Of a stretch of DNA of 64,000 bases, positions 13,257-27,075 are shown piece by piece. Position numbers and translations under genes: made by a program. The stretch spans positions 23,870,001 to 23,934,000 of the forward strand of contig OX597814.1 in NCBI GenBank assembly GCA_951406725.2, given 5' to 3'. The first letter of the stretch is position 1. Every line of letters begins with the position of its first letter. The notes below the pieces were generated by a model. It saw only the letters and a program-made list of their open reading frames with translations, was not told the DNA's origin and ran no database searches. This stretch comes from Octopus vulgaris. Its lineage: Eukaryota.

Positions 13257-13486
13257 ATTTCTTTACTGCCCACAAGGGGCCAAATCCAGAGGGGACAAAC
13301 AAGGACAGACGAAGGGATTGAGTCGATTATATCGACCCCAGTGTGTAACTGGTACTTTATTTATCGACCCCGAAAGGATGAAAGGCAAAGTTGACCTCGG
13401 CGGAATTTGAACTCAGAACGTAACGACAGACGAAATACCGCTAAGCACTTCACCCGGCGTGCTAACGTGTCTGCCAGCTCGCCGCG
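13257..13486 (-). mobile_element. SINE family B inserted in the PLE terminal repeat
   Basis: Full unit; gttgtatat is duplicated at 13248-13256 and 13492-13500. Confidence 0.9.
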
Positions 13487-13538
13487 TATATGTTGTATAT
13501 GTTTGCTTATAACCGTATTTTTGTTCCATTCTAAATCA

Positions 13539-13580
13539 AACTGTCTAATGAAGAGGAATGTGAAACTCAGAGTAACAGTT
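13539..13580 (+). ncRNA. Hammerhead ribozyme copy with mutated core (CTAATGA), probably inactive
   Basis: aactgt-CTAATGA-agaggaatgt-GAAA-ctc(a)gag-TA-acagtt; paralogue of 11119-11160 with G5A. Confidence 0.65.
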
Positions 13581-13744
13581 TTTGTGATGTTTTTGCTGCT
13601 TTTCAATAAAGCATATTACTTTACCTCTGGTATTCGTATACTATTTTTTCCACCTTGTTTCACATTTATGTGCTTACTCTGGTATATATATATATATAAA
13701 TATATATATATATGCACACACACACACATATTTATATACATAAT

Positions 13745-13825
13745 CAAGTAAAACGCCCCTCGTCCAATGGACGGTGCTGAGTTGTCAAACATTTAAACCA
13801 AATTTTCCTAAAACAACTAGTTGAC
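13745..13825 (-). mobile_element. 3' end fragment of a non-autonomous Helitron
   Basis: Reverse complement of the 52005-52086 end, including the cgtccattggacg hairpin. Confidence 0.6.
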
Positions 13826-14238
13826 AAATGAGCAGAGTATAGGATCGAGAAAGCTCTTTGCTTTTGTTGGGGACATGACAACCTCTCTAGTGCTGATGCC
13901 ATAGTAAAGTTCACCCAGTTTGCTTTGTAAAGTGGGTGGTGTTAGAAAGGGCATCCAGAAAGCGTGCAAGAAGTGGAACATATGATGAGGAGTTATACCC
14001 ATATCTATTTAGTTTTACTGTAAGATCGATTAGATCATATATTTTTCTGAGCAACTTGAAATAAGAATTGAACTACCAATAAGTTGCTAACCTTACAGTT
14101 TATCATCATTTGCTCATCTCTTCCATCCATTTTGCAGAATGATTGTATCAGAGCTCTACTTATTAAAATGTGAACAAGAATGTAACAGACTCAACTCATT
14201 TAAAATTCATAGTGAGTTGATGATGAAAATACATACAT

Positions 14239-14308
<70 letters not shown>

Positions 14309-14469
14309 AAGTGCATAGTAGCTTGGAAAGGATTGGTGAGTGGATGAGCTACTAGAAGGAGAGCAAAACTAGTGAGTTTAATTGATATTTACTCCAAAGC
14401 TTCTGGAAATGCTTTTGAGCCATCAATTGTGTCTAATTTTACAGGAAGAGAAAATACATATAAATGAGG

Positions 14470-14690
14470 AATCTTCATCATCATCATCATCACAATCTTT
14501 TAACATCCAGGTTCCATACTGTCATGGATTCAATGATTTGACAAGATCATACAGAATAGATGACTGCATCAAGCTCAAATGCCTGCTTTGGCAAGGTTTG
14601 TATGGCTATTTTATAGAGTGCTCTGGGTGTTGTCTTTTTATGATACCAGCACTAACGAGGTTGCATGTAAATGAAGATCCCCTTTGAGTG
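14470..14690 (-). mobile_element. Degenerate RTE LINE 3' end
   Basis: (CAT)n followed by a diverged version of the RTE tail seen at 37911 and 31605. Confidence 0.55.
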
Positions 14691-15964
14691 GTGCTACAGT
14701 TGACAAGGAAGTGGCTTTATGCTAGAAGATGAGAACATAAATATGAACCTCTCTTCTGCCATAAAGCCACCTCTCTCAAACTTTCTAGTCTCTCACTCAG
14801 TGGAACCCACTTCACATTGCTACTCTAGAAATCGGTATCATCTTAATGGTAAGTTTCCTTTGTTCACTGTCAACATTTTAATATCTCCTTTTCCATAATT
14901 GCACAGGTCAACTAAAATTTGTTGATACTGAATTTTTACAGTTGGAAGCCCTTCCTGTCACCATATCCCACCTGTTTCCAGTTAAGGTAACTCTTCCCTT
15001 AGTCTCTCAAGCATGGATGCCACAATGGTTGAATGTGATTTCATGGGAGATTGCAAATGATCAACACTACTTGTGTGACAGTGAGGCTTGCTTACAATTG
15101 GCATGCAAAGTCATGAAAAGGTGATGAGAAAACATACATATTCACACACACACACAACATGCCTTTCTCCTCTTCAATCTACCGAATCTACTAGAACTGG
15201 AGTACAAAATAGTTAACCAACATGTCAAAGAGTGGGACTGGGCAGAAACTACAGTCATGAAAAAGACTTGCAAAATTCTTTGAATTTGAAAATTAATCTT
15301 TTCTAAATTCATTTTGGCAGAACAGTTTTCAATCTTATGTGGAAACATTTTTGGCTGTAAAATATAATCAGACAATTTTTAATACTTTACTAAGCAAATC
15401 TTATTTAACCGTACAAATCTTCAAAAGACACGTAACATGTCTATTTCAATTTATTTCTTAAGATTAGCAGATATGCTTTTCTCTTTCTTTTCACATACCT
15501 TCATAAAAAAAAAAATCTTTGTATTATTTGGTCAGCTGATGGAAAGTTATGCTTCTGAGTTTCTTGCTTTATTTTGTTTTGTTTAGAATTGGCAATAATT
15601 GTTCCTAACCTAAAAAAGTAAGTAATATCAATATCTTTGTATAAATAATTGAATTCATGAAGAACAGAAGAGATATCTTTATAAAAAAAAAGGAAAAGAA
15701 CAAACATCTGCTTAGAGATGAAAACAACTGAAAATATTCAAAATATTCAGCTTTGGAATACCTGGTTGCAAAATTGCTGTTTGTCTGTGTGTTATGATAC
15801 TGTGACTGTTTGTATTGCTAAGCTGAATATAATCAACCAAATTCAAACTTACCTGATTTATTGCAGTAAAAAGAAAAGTTGTTAACCAGTGCTTCAGATA
15901 CTAGGGGTTTTTTTTTGTTTTCTAAATATGACACTAAATTTAAGATGTTTTTGAGACAAATTAT

Positions 15965-16385
15965 TGGTTTCAAATGTTGGCACAAGGCAAGCAATTTCAG
16001 AGGAAGGGGTAAGTTGATTAAATTGACCCCAATGCTCAAGTGCTGCCTTGAAAGGATGAAAGGCAAAGTCGATCTATGCAGAATTTGAATTCAGAATGTG
16101 TAAAGATGGACAAAATACTGCTAAGCATTTTGCCCAGCTCGCTAACGATTCTTATTTCTTTATTGCCCACAAGGGGCTGAACATTGAGGGGACAAACAAG
16201 GACAGACAAAGGGATTATGTCGATTACATTGACCCCAGTGTGTAACTGGTACTCAATTTATCAACACCGAAAGGATGAAAGGCAAAGTTGACCACGGCGG
16301 AATTTGAACTCAGAACGTAAAGACAGACGAAATACTGTTAAGCATTTCGACCAGCATGCTTACGATTCTGCCAGCTCACTGTCTT
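15965..16385 (-). mobile_element. SINE family B, two tandem units
   Basis: Two copies of aaaggatgaaaggcaaagt...gaatttgaa(c/t)tcagaa (16051-16150, 16151-16385). Confidence 0.85.
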
Positions 16386-17039
16386 TTTTTGGGAGACAAA
16401 TTATTACTGAGATACATGATCTTAGAATAGTCGTTATTATATTCTAACTTAGAATATTGAGCTAGTAATCATGATTTGTATCCAAATTTTTACAGGGCTT
16501 CCATTTATGAGAACATGTTCCTTACTGCTAAGAAAGTTGACCATTAAAAAATATTTAATGCACTATTATCATCATCATTATAATCATCATCTCCATTGTC
16601 ACCATCTTTAATATCCATCTACCATGCTAAGATGGGATTAATTTTTTGTGAGGAAAAATTGTGTTAGAGGACTACAAAATTCTCCAATATCTACTTCTTT
16701 GGTATAGTTACTATGGCTAGATGCACTTCCTAATTTCAATCTTTTACAGAATGTACTGGGTGCTTTTTACATGGCACCAGCACTAGACGGGTCACCATGT
16801 AGGTTATGAAACAGAGATTCTCTTTGGCTGAGTGGGACTACAGCAGAGAGGAAGAGTAGAACTACAGTAGAGAGGGAAGGTGGGACTACATTAGACAGGG
16901 CCAGACTTGGGAGGTCTGAGGCCCAATCGGGAACAGTTTTGGTGGGCCCCAGGTTTCCAGTCAATTTGCACCAAGGTCTATAGATTCATAAGAATATAAA
17001 AATCATAAAAATATTAAAAATCTAGCTGTTGAAACTATG

Positions 17040-17230
17040 CTGCCGTGCGGTGCCACATAAAAGCACTCAGTCCATGATATAAAGTGGTGGCACTAGGAAG
17101 GGCATCCAGCCACAAAAAAATATGCCAAACCAGACAAGTGCCAGATGTAGCCCCTGTGTTGTCCCCTGTCAAACCGTCCAACCCATGCCAGAATGGAAAA
17201 CAGACGTTAAATGATGATGATGATGATGAT
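17040..17230 (+). mobile_element. RTE LINE 3' end with (GAT)n tail
   Basis: ggaagggcatccagc...aaaccgtccaacccatgcca...gttaaa(tga)n, same as the 3' end of 46725-48572. Confidence 0.85.
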
Positions 17231-17270
17231 ATGCATATACATACATACACATATTATGTATATATTTATT

Positions 17271-17339
<69 letters not shown>

Positions 17340-17944
17340 GCATATACATGTGTGTGGTAACTTTCTGATACATGGATAATATGTTAATAAAACTTTCTAC
17401 ATAAACATCTCAGATGGTGTAGAATATGATTATATCAGAATTTGATGTGTAAAGCATATTTTTCTCTCTTTTAAATAAACTCAATGGTATCAAGTCCTCA
17501 ATGTGGTTGGTTGTTTAGTATGCAACAAATAGCAGTTATTAGGCATAAAATACAGCCACTATTCTGATCTCCTAATATACCGCAAAGGGGAAAAAGTCCT
17601 TTGCAGTATATTAGGAGCCAAGATTGGTTGATAGCACATGAAAAAAATGAGGAAAAAAATAACTCTGAGGTGAGGGAAAGGATTCTGAGCCCCCACCCCA
17701 CCCCCGATTTCGGTGGAAAAAGTCATTTGCAGTATATTAGGAGATGAAACTAGCTGACAGCACTAAAAACAGAAAAATGAGGAAAAAGCATTATTTCTCA
17801 CTGAAATCGAGTTGGGTGTTGTTAAACTATAAATTTAAACTACATCTAAGCTACACGTTTTAAAAATATTCTGGTAAAAATCAGAAATATTTAACATGAT
17901 CCTAAAGAAACTTTTATTTGCTGCATATTGTTCTACTAAAAGAA

Positions 17945-18270
<326 letters not shown>

Positions 18271-18653
18271 CCCAAGCAGTTTTGGATGAATGGGTTTACC
18301 TTTTGACATCACATGTTGCTAAAGTGTATAAAGTATGTTATTTTCTTTTTTTGGAAGACCTTGTAAATTTTCTGAAAAGGCTTCAAGGAGACTACCTTTA
18401 TGAGATGTCACAGTATTGAATGTGGCCCTCTTGAGTACAGGGCCCCCATTGGCATGGGGCCCGATTGAGGGCAATCAGTCCAATCAGCTTAAGACCAGCC
18501 CTGGCATTAGACACGGTGGATGGACTATATTAGAGGCAGAGTGTGGGACAATATCAAATACCAATTTTTTTTTCGAATTGGAAATGCATTTAGTGGCAAA
18601 CTGTAATAAATAGCATCATATATTTGTTACATAGTTACCTATATTGATAATAT

Positions 18654-18961
18654 CACGTGATCACGTGACTGACCAGACCATCAGATGTTGTTACACATCG
18701 CTGGTCACAATGCGTTCGCATTGTTTTAGCCTTCGAGTGACGCCACCCCGCTGGCTAAGCGAGCAGGCCAACAGAAGAAAGAGTGGGAGAAAGAGTGGTG
18801 AAAGAGTACAGCAGGGATCACCCCACCCCCCTGCTGGAGCCTCGTGGAGCTTTTAGGCATTTTCGCTCAATAAACACTCACAATGCCCGGTCTGGGAATC
18901 GAAACCGCGATCCTACGACCGCGAGTCCACTGCCATAACCACTGGGCCATTGCGCCTCCAC
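18654..18961 (-). mobile_element. Full-length tRNA-derived SINE family C, with 13-bp TSD
   Basis: Head gtggaggcgcaatggcccagtggtta...ggtttcgattccc (A and B boxes); TSD atattgataatat at 18641-18653 and 18962-18974; CpGs retained. Confidence 0.92.
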
Positions 18962-19733
18962 ATATTGATAATATACACACATAAATTAGGAAATATATTT
19001 TTATAAGTTCTACTGCTAAAACACTTTACATTCTTGCAAATGTCAGTTTTTGTTTTCAATAATGCTTACAAGTAAATAAATTGTGTAATGGCTAGTAGTG
19101 ATATTGCTACTTTGAATTTTGTGAAAGGATCTTGTAAAAATTATTTATGAAAATAACTTAGCTGTTTAATGATCATGAGATCTTGTGAGTTCTTTGTAAC
19201 CAGACAATTTACTCAGCTATAAAACCAATCATCTCACAAATAGCCATTTCATTGTGTAAGCATTCTTACACTGGGAAAATTAAATGAAGGAGTGTTGGAA
19301 ATTGTGGCTTTATGATTGCAATATAAACCAGACCAAAGATTGTAAAGAACCATCTATCTGATGACCATTTAACATAATTGTACCAATGAGTGAGAGCAAA
19401 TTATTACCTAACGTGTTGGAAGTTGTGGTAAAAATAATATTCTGAGCATTTGTAAATTAGCAAAGCAAATTACAACTGGAATAGAAACTAGACTTTAAGG
19501 ATAATTTGATTCAGCAAATGATTTGTGATCCATTTCATTCAAAATATGCTTACATATGTTAAGTAAATTGATGGTTATGACAACACAACAACAAGCTAAT
19601 CAATATTAATCACTGGTATGAGGCATTTGAAAAACATTATGTTATTAGAATAATTGAAATAACTTTTACTTTGAAACTTTTGTTAAGATCTGAAATGCCT
19701 AGGTAAGTAAAGCATTGATTCTTCTGTGTAAAT

Positions 19734-20004
19734 CAGGGGTTTCTAACTGCTGAGCTACAGACCATTACTGGGTCATAGATAATTTGGTACTTTTACTCTA
19801 CTTGTTTCAGTCATTTGACTGTGACCATGCTGGAGCACCACCTTTAGTCGAGCAAATCAACCCCAGGACTTATTCTTTGTAAGCCTCGTGCTTATTCTAT
19901 TGGTCTCTTTTTGCTGAACCGCTAAGTTACAGGGACGTAAACACACCAGCATCGGTTGTCAAGTGATGTTCGGAGGGACAAACTCAGACACACAAACATA
20001 TACA

Positions 20005-20094
<90 letters not shown>

Positions 20095-20426
20095 TATGAC
20101 GGGTTTCTTTCAGTTTCTCTCTACCAAATCCACTCACAAGGCTTTGGTCAGCCCGAGGCTATAGTAGAAGATACTTGCCCAAGGTGCTATACAATGGAAT
20201 GAATCTGGAACCATATGGTTCGTAAGCAAGCTACTTACCACGCAGCCACTCCTACGCCTATGGCACTCAGAAAGAATAAATTTAAAAATTTAATTTTAAT
20301 TTTATTGATTATCATAATCTACAGGCTGTTTGTTTTCCATTATATATGTATTATATATGTAATTAAATTAAATTATAAGTTTTGCACAAAACCGGGCTAA
20401 AGTGCAAAAATGATTGGAGACCTCTG
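19734..20426. mobile_element. hAT/Charlie-like MITE with nested SINE
   Basis: Ends caggggtttctaac / attggagacctctg; 8-bp TSD gtgtaaat (19726-19733) / gtgtaagt (20427-20434). Confidence 0.7.
19789..20262 (-). mobile_element. Full-length SINE family A
   Basis: Complete head, (CA)n(TA)n tract and tail. Confidence 0.92.
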
Positions 20427-21242
20427 GTGTAAGTTATCAGGAAAGAACAAGTAAAATCAAGACATTGCATAATGAGTTATTTGTTAGATATATGTGCTGG
20501 AAGACAACCATCCCACAAAATGAGATGACTAACAGTAATGCATACAGCAGTCTACATGTCATGCAAGGATGAGGGAATACTTTTTATATGGACGTAATTT
20601 CTGTGATCTCTTTCAGTTTGAACGAGTAAATTTCTTGTAGTTACACAGAGAGAGCAAATTATACTACTTTATAAAATGGGAGTCATTTTCATATATCTTC
20701 CAACTTCAAGAAATGTTTTAAAATATGGAATTTACTTCTAGAATCAGTCAGTTGTGAAGATGCTTTTAGAGACTATCACATCTATGACTGAGAGATTCAG
20801 AATTATTGCTTATTCAACACCTGCCTGTTTGAAAGAATTTGGAAAAAATACATATTAAACAGTTAACTAAAAGTTTATACCAGTCTTTTTAAATCCAATC
20901 AAATATAAAGTGAATGTTTCTGCAAATTTAAAAATAGTTATGGATAGTTAGTTGATATCACTATTTATTTGATAGATATCTTTTCTGTTTTTCAATATTC
21001 TCTATTAATCTTCTCAGGCAGTTGGCTGTAGTGACGCTGAGTCATACTACATGTTTTAATAGAAATTTAACCATTTTTTGCTCTAGGCATGAAAAGTATG
21101 ATATAAGAAGTGTATTAAATATCTATATACATAAACGTTCATAATGTTCAGGTTTTTATCTCGGTGTTTGGAATAATTGTATATAAAGACAAAATAATCA
21201 TTTTATTTCAAATCAAATATCGGCATGGGAACTGTGGATTAA

Positions 21243-21463
21243 CCCTTTTTCTACCATATTTCTGTTGAGATGTTCTGTGTTTCTTTCAATTGTTTTAAAT
21301 ATAACAAAAGATTTAATAAAATAACTTAGTTATCATTCAGCTAGTGTTAGGAACATAAATTGTGACTAAGGTTTAGTGGAAAATTTGAATTCAAAACTTA
21401 TGAAAACAAGACATTTGTACTACAGAGCCACAGCTGGTTTTGGCCAGGTTGGTAACAAAAGGG
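21243..21463 (+). mobile_element. piggyBac-like MITE (TTAA target)
   Basis: ttaa|cccttt ... aaaggg|ttaa; paralogues at 36652 and 61967. Confidence 0.85.
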
Positions 21464-23026
21464 TTAAAGATTTACCAAGAAAGTTTGAATTTAAAAGCAA
21501 AACTATTATATACAAATTAAGAAGCACCAATTTAATCCAAACCAGCATGAAAAATTAGATCAAATATTTATGAGCAAGATATAGTAGATTTTAATATAGA
21601 AATATTAAAGCTTATTAATTAATTTTCTTTTAAATCTAGACTTAATAAGTTTCAGTAAACTTGAGATAAAATTTTTTACCTAATCATACATATGCAACAC
21701 AACTTCAAGCAACTAATGATTGCAAAGCCTAATGACAATAAAGCAATGTGCCCAGAATTAGTGTTGATGCTTACAAATTTATTCATTTTATGCTCCCCAC
21801 CTTTCTCTCTCTCTCTTCTCTCTTTGTCTCTTCCTCTCTCAATCTCTCTCTCTCTCATTCTTCTCTCTCCTCTTTTCTCTCACTCTACTTCTCACTATCT
21901 ATTTGAAACTTGGAAACCATATTTAAGCCCTATCTCTATGAAAAATGGCTCTACTTTTTTATCCTTACTTGAAATCTGTTGATTGAGTGTTTTGCATAAT
22001 TAACTCAATTCTCTTGATAAGACTTGATTACTGAGATTTAATAAAGCCATATACTGCTCGTTGTTGATGTTGTTGTTAGTTCCAAATTAGCTCTAACTGA
22101 GCACATCTATAATCAAGGCCCCCTCCAGCTATAATCATTCTGAAGTTTTTGTTTACCTAATAATGCTTTTCTTCCTTTTCAAAATTGCAGGGAGTAATAT
22201 AAAGGATATTTAACTGCTATCTCTAGCAAGTCTTGCAATCATGTACAGGCTTTATTGTTGGCTTGATATACTGCAAGTAGTTTGGGTATGTCATTATGTG
22301 CATGTGTGAGTGTGTGTGTATGTCTTTTATGTACATGTGTATGTGTGTATGTGTACATGTGTGTGTATGTGAGTGTAAACTAGAGAACATCTTACCAAAT
22401 CCATGAACTGGTTTTGATTCCAAGATAGCTGTGCTTTATGCTGCTGATAGTTTTTGATTAACTATAGGTGTCACACCTTCCAAATTTTATTCCTTGTAAT
22501 TCTTACAAGCTTAAGTAAAAAGTCATACATAATATTTCTGACAAGATACACAATATGAATAGAAATATTTCAACATATTCCACAGTATTTGAGAGAAATT
22601 ACTACTGTTTTGTGGCAGTATATTCATTCTATCAGTGAAGAATTATTTCTCCTTGATAAATTTTTTCCCCTTTATTTGAATCAATTGTAATTGGACCCTA
22701 ACCTTTTCTCTTTCTTTTATTTTTCTTAAACCCTATGACTCATGGGACCAATTACTCTGTTTCTGTGAGGTACAAGTGGTCGAGATTACAACATACCTTC
22801 TGAACAGGTAGCTGGTGTGTTACAGGGTTCAAGTTCAGGGATTTTTGAGAGAGGAGATAAGTCAACCATGCCAACCCTAGTACTTGACAGGTACATCCTT
22901 TTATCAACCCCAAAAGAATGAAAAGAAAAGTTGATGTTGACAGGATTTGAACTCAGAACACAAAGATCCAGAAGATATTGCCACTAAACATTATGTCCAA
23001 AATGCTAATGATTCTGCCAGGTAGTC

Positions 23027-23480
23027 TGCAACAGGGTGTTATAAAATCAGTCTTTCTGTTCATCAGGTGGCCCCAGCTGAGGGACATAGGCCAAGATAAT
23101 GGTTGCTAAACCATGTTGCAGCACTAATCTAATCTCAAGTATTCTATTACAGACTCTGGCTACCTCAATTACCTTACTAACCCATTTCTCTGCAAGAAGT
23201 ATACCCACAACCTCAACCCCGTCAGTGTTCCCTGCCCAGAAAATCTTATACCTATGTTCTTTGCCTGTGAGGAACCTAGCAGAACTTTCTCTCCATCTTA
23301 CTTCATTGATGCAGCACACATATACACATCTCTGATCAAGCATCTCAACAATCTCACCAGATCTACTTTTCAGTGTGCTAACATTAAGTGTGCCAACCCT
23401 GAGGGTATGGGAGGTGTGGGCCCGTAAGTCCCTAAGATGGGGGACAGCAGCCTCATGTACCTGAAAAGAAAGCTCCATTC
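23027..23480 (-). pseudogene. RTE LINE AP-endonuclease N-terminal fragment
   Basis: LRVGTLNVSTL...VCCINEVRWR...VGILLAEKW...RILEIRL...LAYVPQ, typical of the RTE APE domain. Confidence 0.9.
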
Positions 23481-23652
23481 TCCGCCTGGACAGGATGCAG
23501 GATTACTCATTTTTGCCAGCTGAATGGATTGGAGCAATGTGAAAAGAAGTGTTTTGCTCCAGAATACAACGCCTCACCCAGTCCAGGAATTGAAATCACA
23601 ATCTTTTGATCATGAGTCCAAAACTCTAACCACTAAGCAAGGTGTTTCCACT
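23481..23652 (-). mobile_element. Degenerate SINE head and body abutting the RTE fragment
   Basis: Homologous to 28695-28862 (catttttgccagctgaat...actggag...ttttgctc.agaa.acaacgc). Confidence 0.75.
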
Positions 23653-24542
23653 CCTGTTAAAGTAGAAGAAACATCCACAATCCTAATTTTTTCACTAAGA
23701 TTAGTATAAGGAAGGGTCCTAAAATGGGAAGAAGAAAGGTGGAAGTTACCCTTAAACTAGATGCCAGATCTGAATTCTTGCAGCTAAATAAATTCACAAA
23801 TGACACCCAATGGGCAAGTGGTTTCATTAAACCAAATGATGGATTAAATCAACTATCCAAGAATTTACAATGCAAAGAGCTAAAACAGATAGAGCAAGGC
23901 TTCTTGTTTAATGCCCTAATAATTCTGTCAACCCACTGCTCTGGACTGGCACTTTAACAATCTTAAAAAGAAAAAGAGTGGAAGGCAAGTTGAATTCGAA
24001 CTCAGAGATTTGGAACAAATGTCACACAACATTTTGTGCACTACTCTAATGATTCAGCTAATTCACTACCCTGGTTTATGAATCTAACATGTATTTTAGT
24101 TACAATATTTCAAAGAGGAAAAATGTTTTGTATATTTTTGTTGCTACAGCTGTTGTTAGCTGTAATGATTATACATTATAATGAAGAATATGTATACCTG
24201 ATTTTCCCTTGATGGGATTTTCATGCTTTATGTACTTGTAGGGGAAGTATGATGGCTTTAAGATTTACTACTACTACTACAACTACTGCAATTGTGTTGT
24301 GCAACTTCTACTCTATTGGCCGCAGTGTAAATTTATGCTGAATTCATGGCTGTCGAGATGTTTAAAATATATTTACACAATATTTTTTGTTTGAAGTGTG
24401 TTACTTTTCAGAAGTAGAAGCTATAATTGACTGACATTGGTGCAGTTAAATTTCTCTTTGAATTTTTAAAGATTAGTGTCTAATCAATGTATTGATAAGA
24501 AAGAAACCATAAGCTAGGAGAAATCTGGATGAAACTTAGAAA

Positions 24543-24773
24543 AGTCGGCGAACTAGTAGAAACGTTAGCACGCCAGGTGAAATGCTCGGTGGCATTTCGT
24601 CTGCCTTTGCGCTCTGAGTTCAAATTCTGCCGAGGTTGACTTTGCCTTTCATCCTTTCAGAGTCAATAAATTAAGTACCAGTTACACACTGGGGTTAATG
24701 TAATCGACTTAATCCCTTTGTCTATCCTTGTTTCTCCCCTCTATGTTTAGCCCCTTGTGGGCAATAAAGAAAT
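24543..24773 (+). mobile_element. Full-length SINE family B with 14-bp TSD
   Basis: TSD atgaaacttagaaa at 24529-24542 and 24774-24787. Confidence 0.92.
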
Positions 24774-25023
24774 ATGAAACTTAGAAATGATGGCTTGGAG
24801 AATATTTATTTTGTTAAATGAGGAAATGTTTTGCATAGTGAAATATAAAATAATAATGGGAAAAAGCATAACTCACTACTTAATCTACTTAAATAATGGT
24901 ATATCTAATAGCATTATTACTGTAGGAAGTTTGATTAGAAATTTTTTTATAATGTTTGAGGAAATGCTTTGCAATATTTGATCTAGCTCTTTACATTGAG
25001 TTTATATCTTTACATTGAGTTTA

Positions 25024-25292
25024 GTGGAGGCACATGGCCTAGTGGTTAGAGCAGCGAACTCATGGTTGAGAGATCACGGGTTCAAATCTCAGACTGGGCG
25101 ATGTGTATGTTTATGAGTGAAACACCTAAGCTCCACGCGGCTCCGGCAGAAGGTAATGGCAAACTTCTGCTGACTTTCGCCACAGCTTTCTCTCACTCTT
25201 TTCTCCTGCATCTTGCAGCTCACCTGCAACGGACTGGCGTCCCGTCCAGGTGGGAAACCTTATGAGCCAGGCGTGGCTCGAGAAGGAACAAA
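25024..25292 (+). mobile_element. tRNA-derived SINE (family C head and body, ggactggcgtcccgtccagg tail)
   Basis: gtggaggcacatggcctagtggttagagc...gggttcaaatctc head; body homologous to 18654-18961. Confidence 0.8.
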
Positions 25293-26707
25293 CAACAAGG
25301 TCAACTTTGCCTTTCCTCCTTCCTACATTGATAAAATAAAGTACCAGTCAAATACTGAGGCTCATATAATTGACTTTTTCCTTCTCCCTACATTTAAGGC
25401 CTTGTACAAATAGAAGAAATCAATACTGCAGATTAATTGTGCAGTCTTGAGATAGGTTATTTATTTCAAAGACTAGTTTTGCTTCTCTCAATTTGCAAAT
25501 ATATGCTAAGTCATTCATTTGCATCGATACATATTTTTGTGACAAATTTAATTTTGAAAGAGTAGATCTATGCTAATTATCCAATTAAAAAAATGGACAT
25601 TAGTTGTTGCAGATAACCAAATTGAACATGCTATGAAAATAATTTGATGAAGAGAAAGAAGTGCTGATTTTAATTTTCTTTTAAGAAAAAGCGTTTTTTT
25701 ATACATTTTTTTAAACCTTTTTTCGAAGAGAAAATTGGTATTGAACAATATCTGATTGAAGACCTTGGGGAAATATTTCCAACATGTGTTTTCTCTACTT
25801 AGCTGTCTTTATTAAAATGACATTTTTCTGATGGTGTACTTGTCATAGTTAATATCTGTACAAAATGCTAAATTCCTCTTGTAAAATTTTCTTTTAATCA
25901 ACTCTAAAATCCTAATGAGATTTAAAGCACAAAATAGAGACTCTACTATTTTAGAAGTGATAATATAATTACTTACTATGAAGCGTTGTTTTAGATACTC
26001 AAAGGGTTCAGTCAAAAATATTGTAAAAATAACCAACTTTAAATTACCTTAAGTGCAGTGAAAATTCAAAATTGTGTTTTATTTTAAATGAACATTTCAA
26101 ACTGAGGGGACTTCTGTTAAATGAATTTATTTAAACTTTCCAATGCTGTCATCTTTTACATTATAAGCGTTCTTCTGTGAAAGTTAGCGTAACAATGTTT
26201 AATTTTATATATTTATTTATATATATTTTATATATATTTTATTTTATATATTTATTTCTTCATCTCAATAATCACTAATATAATTTTAAGATTTGCATTG
26301 ACTTGAGAATTCTTAACCAGATCCTTATGAATAACAGGAAAATGTAATGTGTGTATAAACATAAATATAGAGAGTGTGATAGACTTTATCCTTTGATTTG
26401 TTAATAATAAGATAGCATAACAGTCTCCCACAGGCAATATACACTTTACTCGCTTTCCTGTCATGGCATTTGTAATGTGAACAAGTTGTGAAATGTTAAT
26501 TAAACATAACTTAGTTGGAATCATTTCACCACCAGTTTTAATCTTTATGCAATCTATCATCATCCAATGGGATCTGTTGTTAATTATTGTGTAATTGGAA
26601 GTCGGTAGAGTGACATAATTAGTAGAGTATCACATTAAATGTATAAGAACTATGTTTTGAATCTCAACATTTTGTGTTCAATTTCCAAGAAGCTGGACTT
26701 TGTATTC

Positions 26708-27075
26708 TTCACTTTCTGTGGCAATTTAAATATCCAATTCCTTTATCAACAAATGTATTCTGTCTTCATTCAAACTCAGTTTGGCTAATTTTCCAAACAT
26801 TCATACATAACCAGTATTTTCTCTTTCTCTCTCTCCCTCTCTCTCTTTCTCTGACACACATATACAATCAGTGCTATTTCTCTTTCTCACACATACAATA
26901 AATTCTCTCTCTCTTTTTCCCTCTCACTATCACACGCATAACCATCACACTCTATGCCTTAGACACTTTCTGTGGCAATTAAATATCTGAAACTTCTATC
27001 CACAAGTGTATTGTCTTCATTTAGACTCAGCAAGGATAATTTTACTAACATTAACACATAACCAGTGCTTTCTTT
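26708..27075 (+). repeat. Diverged local direct duplication (~120-bp units about 253 bp apart)
   Basis: cactttctgtggcaatt(t)aaatatc...tgtcttcatt...acataaccagt occurs at about 26710 and about 26963. Confidence 0.8.

Larger units (their letters stand above)
11084..13682 (+). mobile_element. 5'-truncated Penelope-like element with inverted terminal (pLTR) repeats
   Basis: 11084-11265 is the reverse complement of 13191-13614 once the SINE at 13257-13486 is removed. It encloses an RT C-terminal/GIY-YIG relic, and both arms carry a hammerhead fold. Confidence 0.85.

Noticed and set aside
18880-18961. tRNA gene
   Set aside because: A and B boxes are present, but it is the head of a TSD-flanked SINE.
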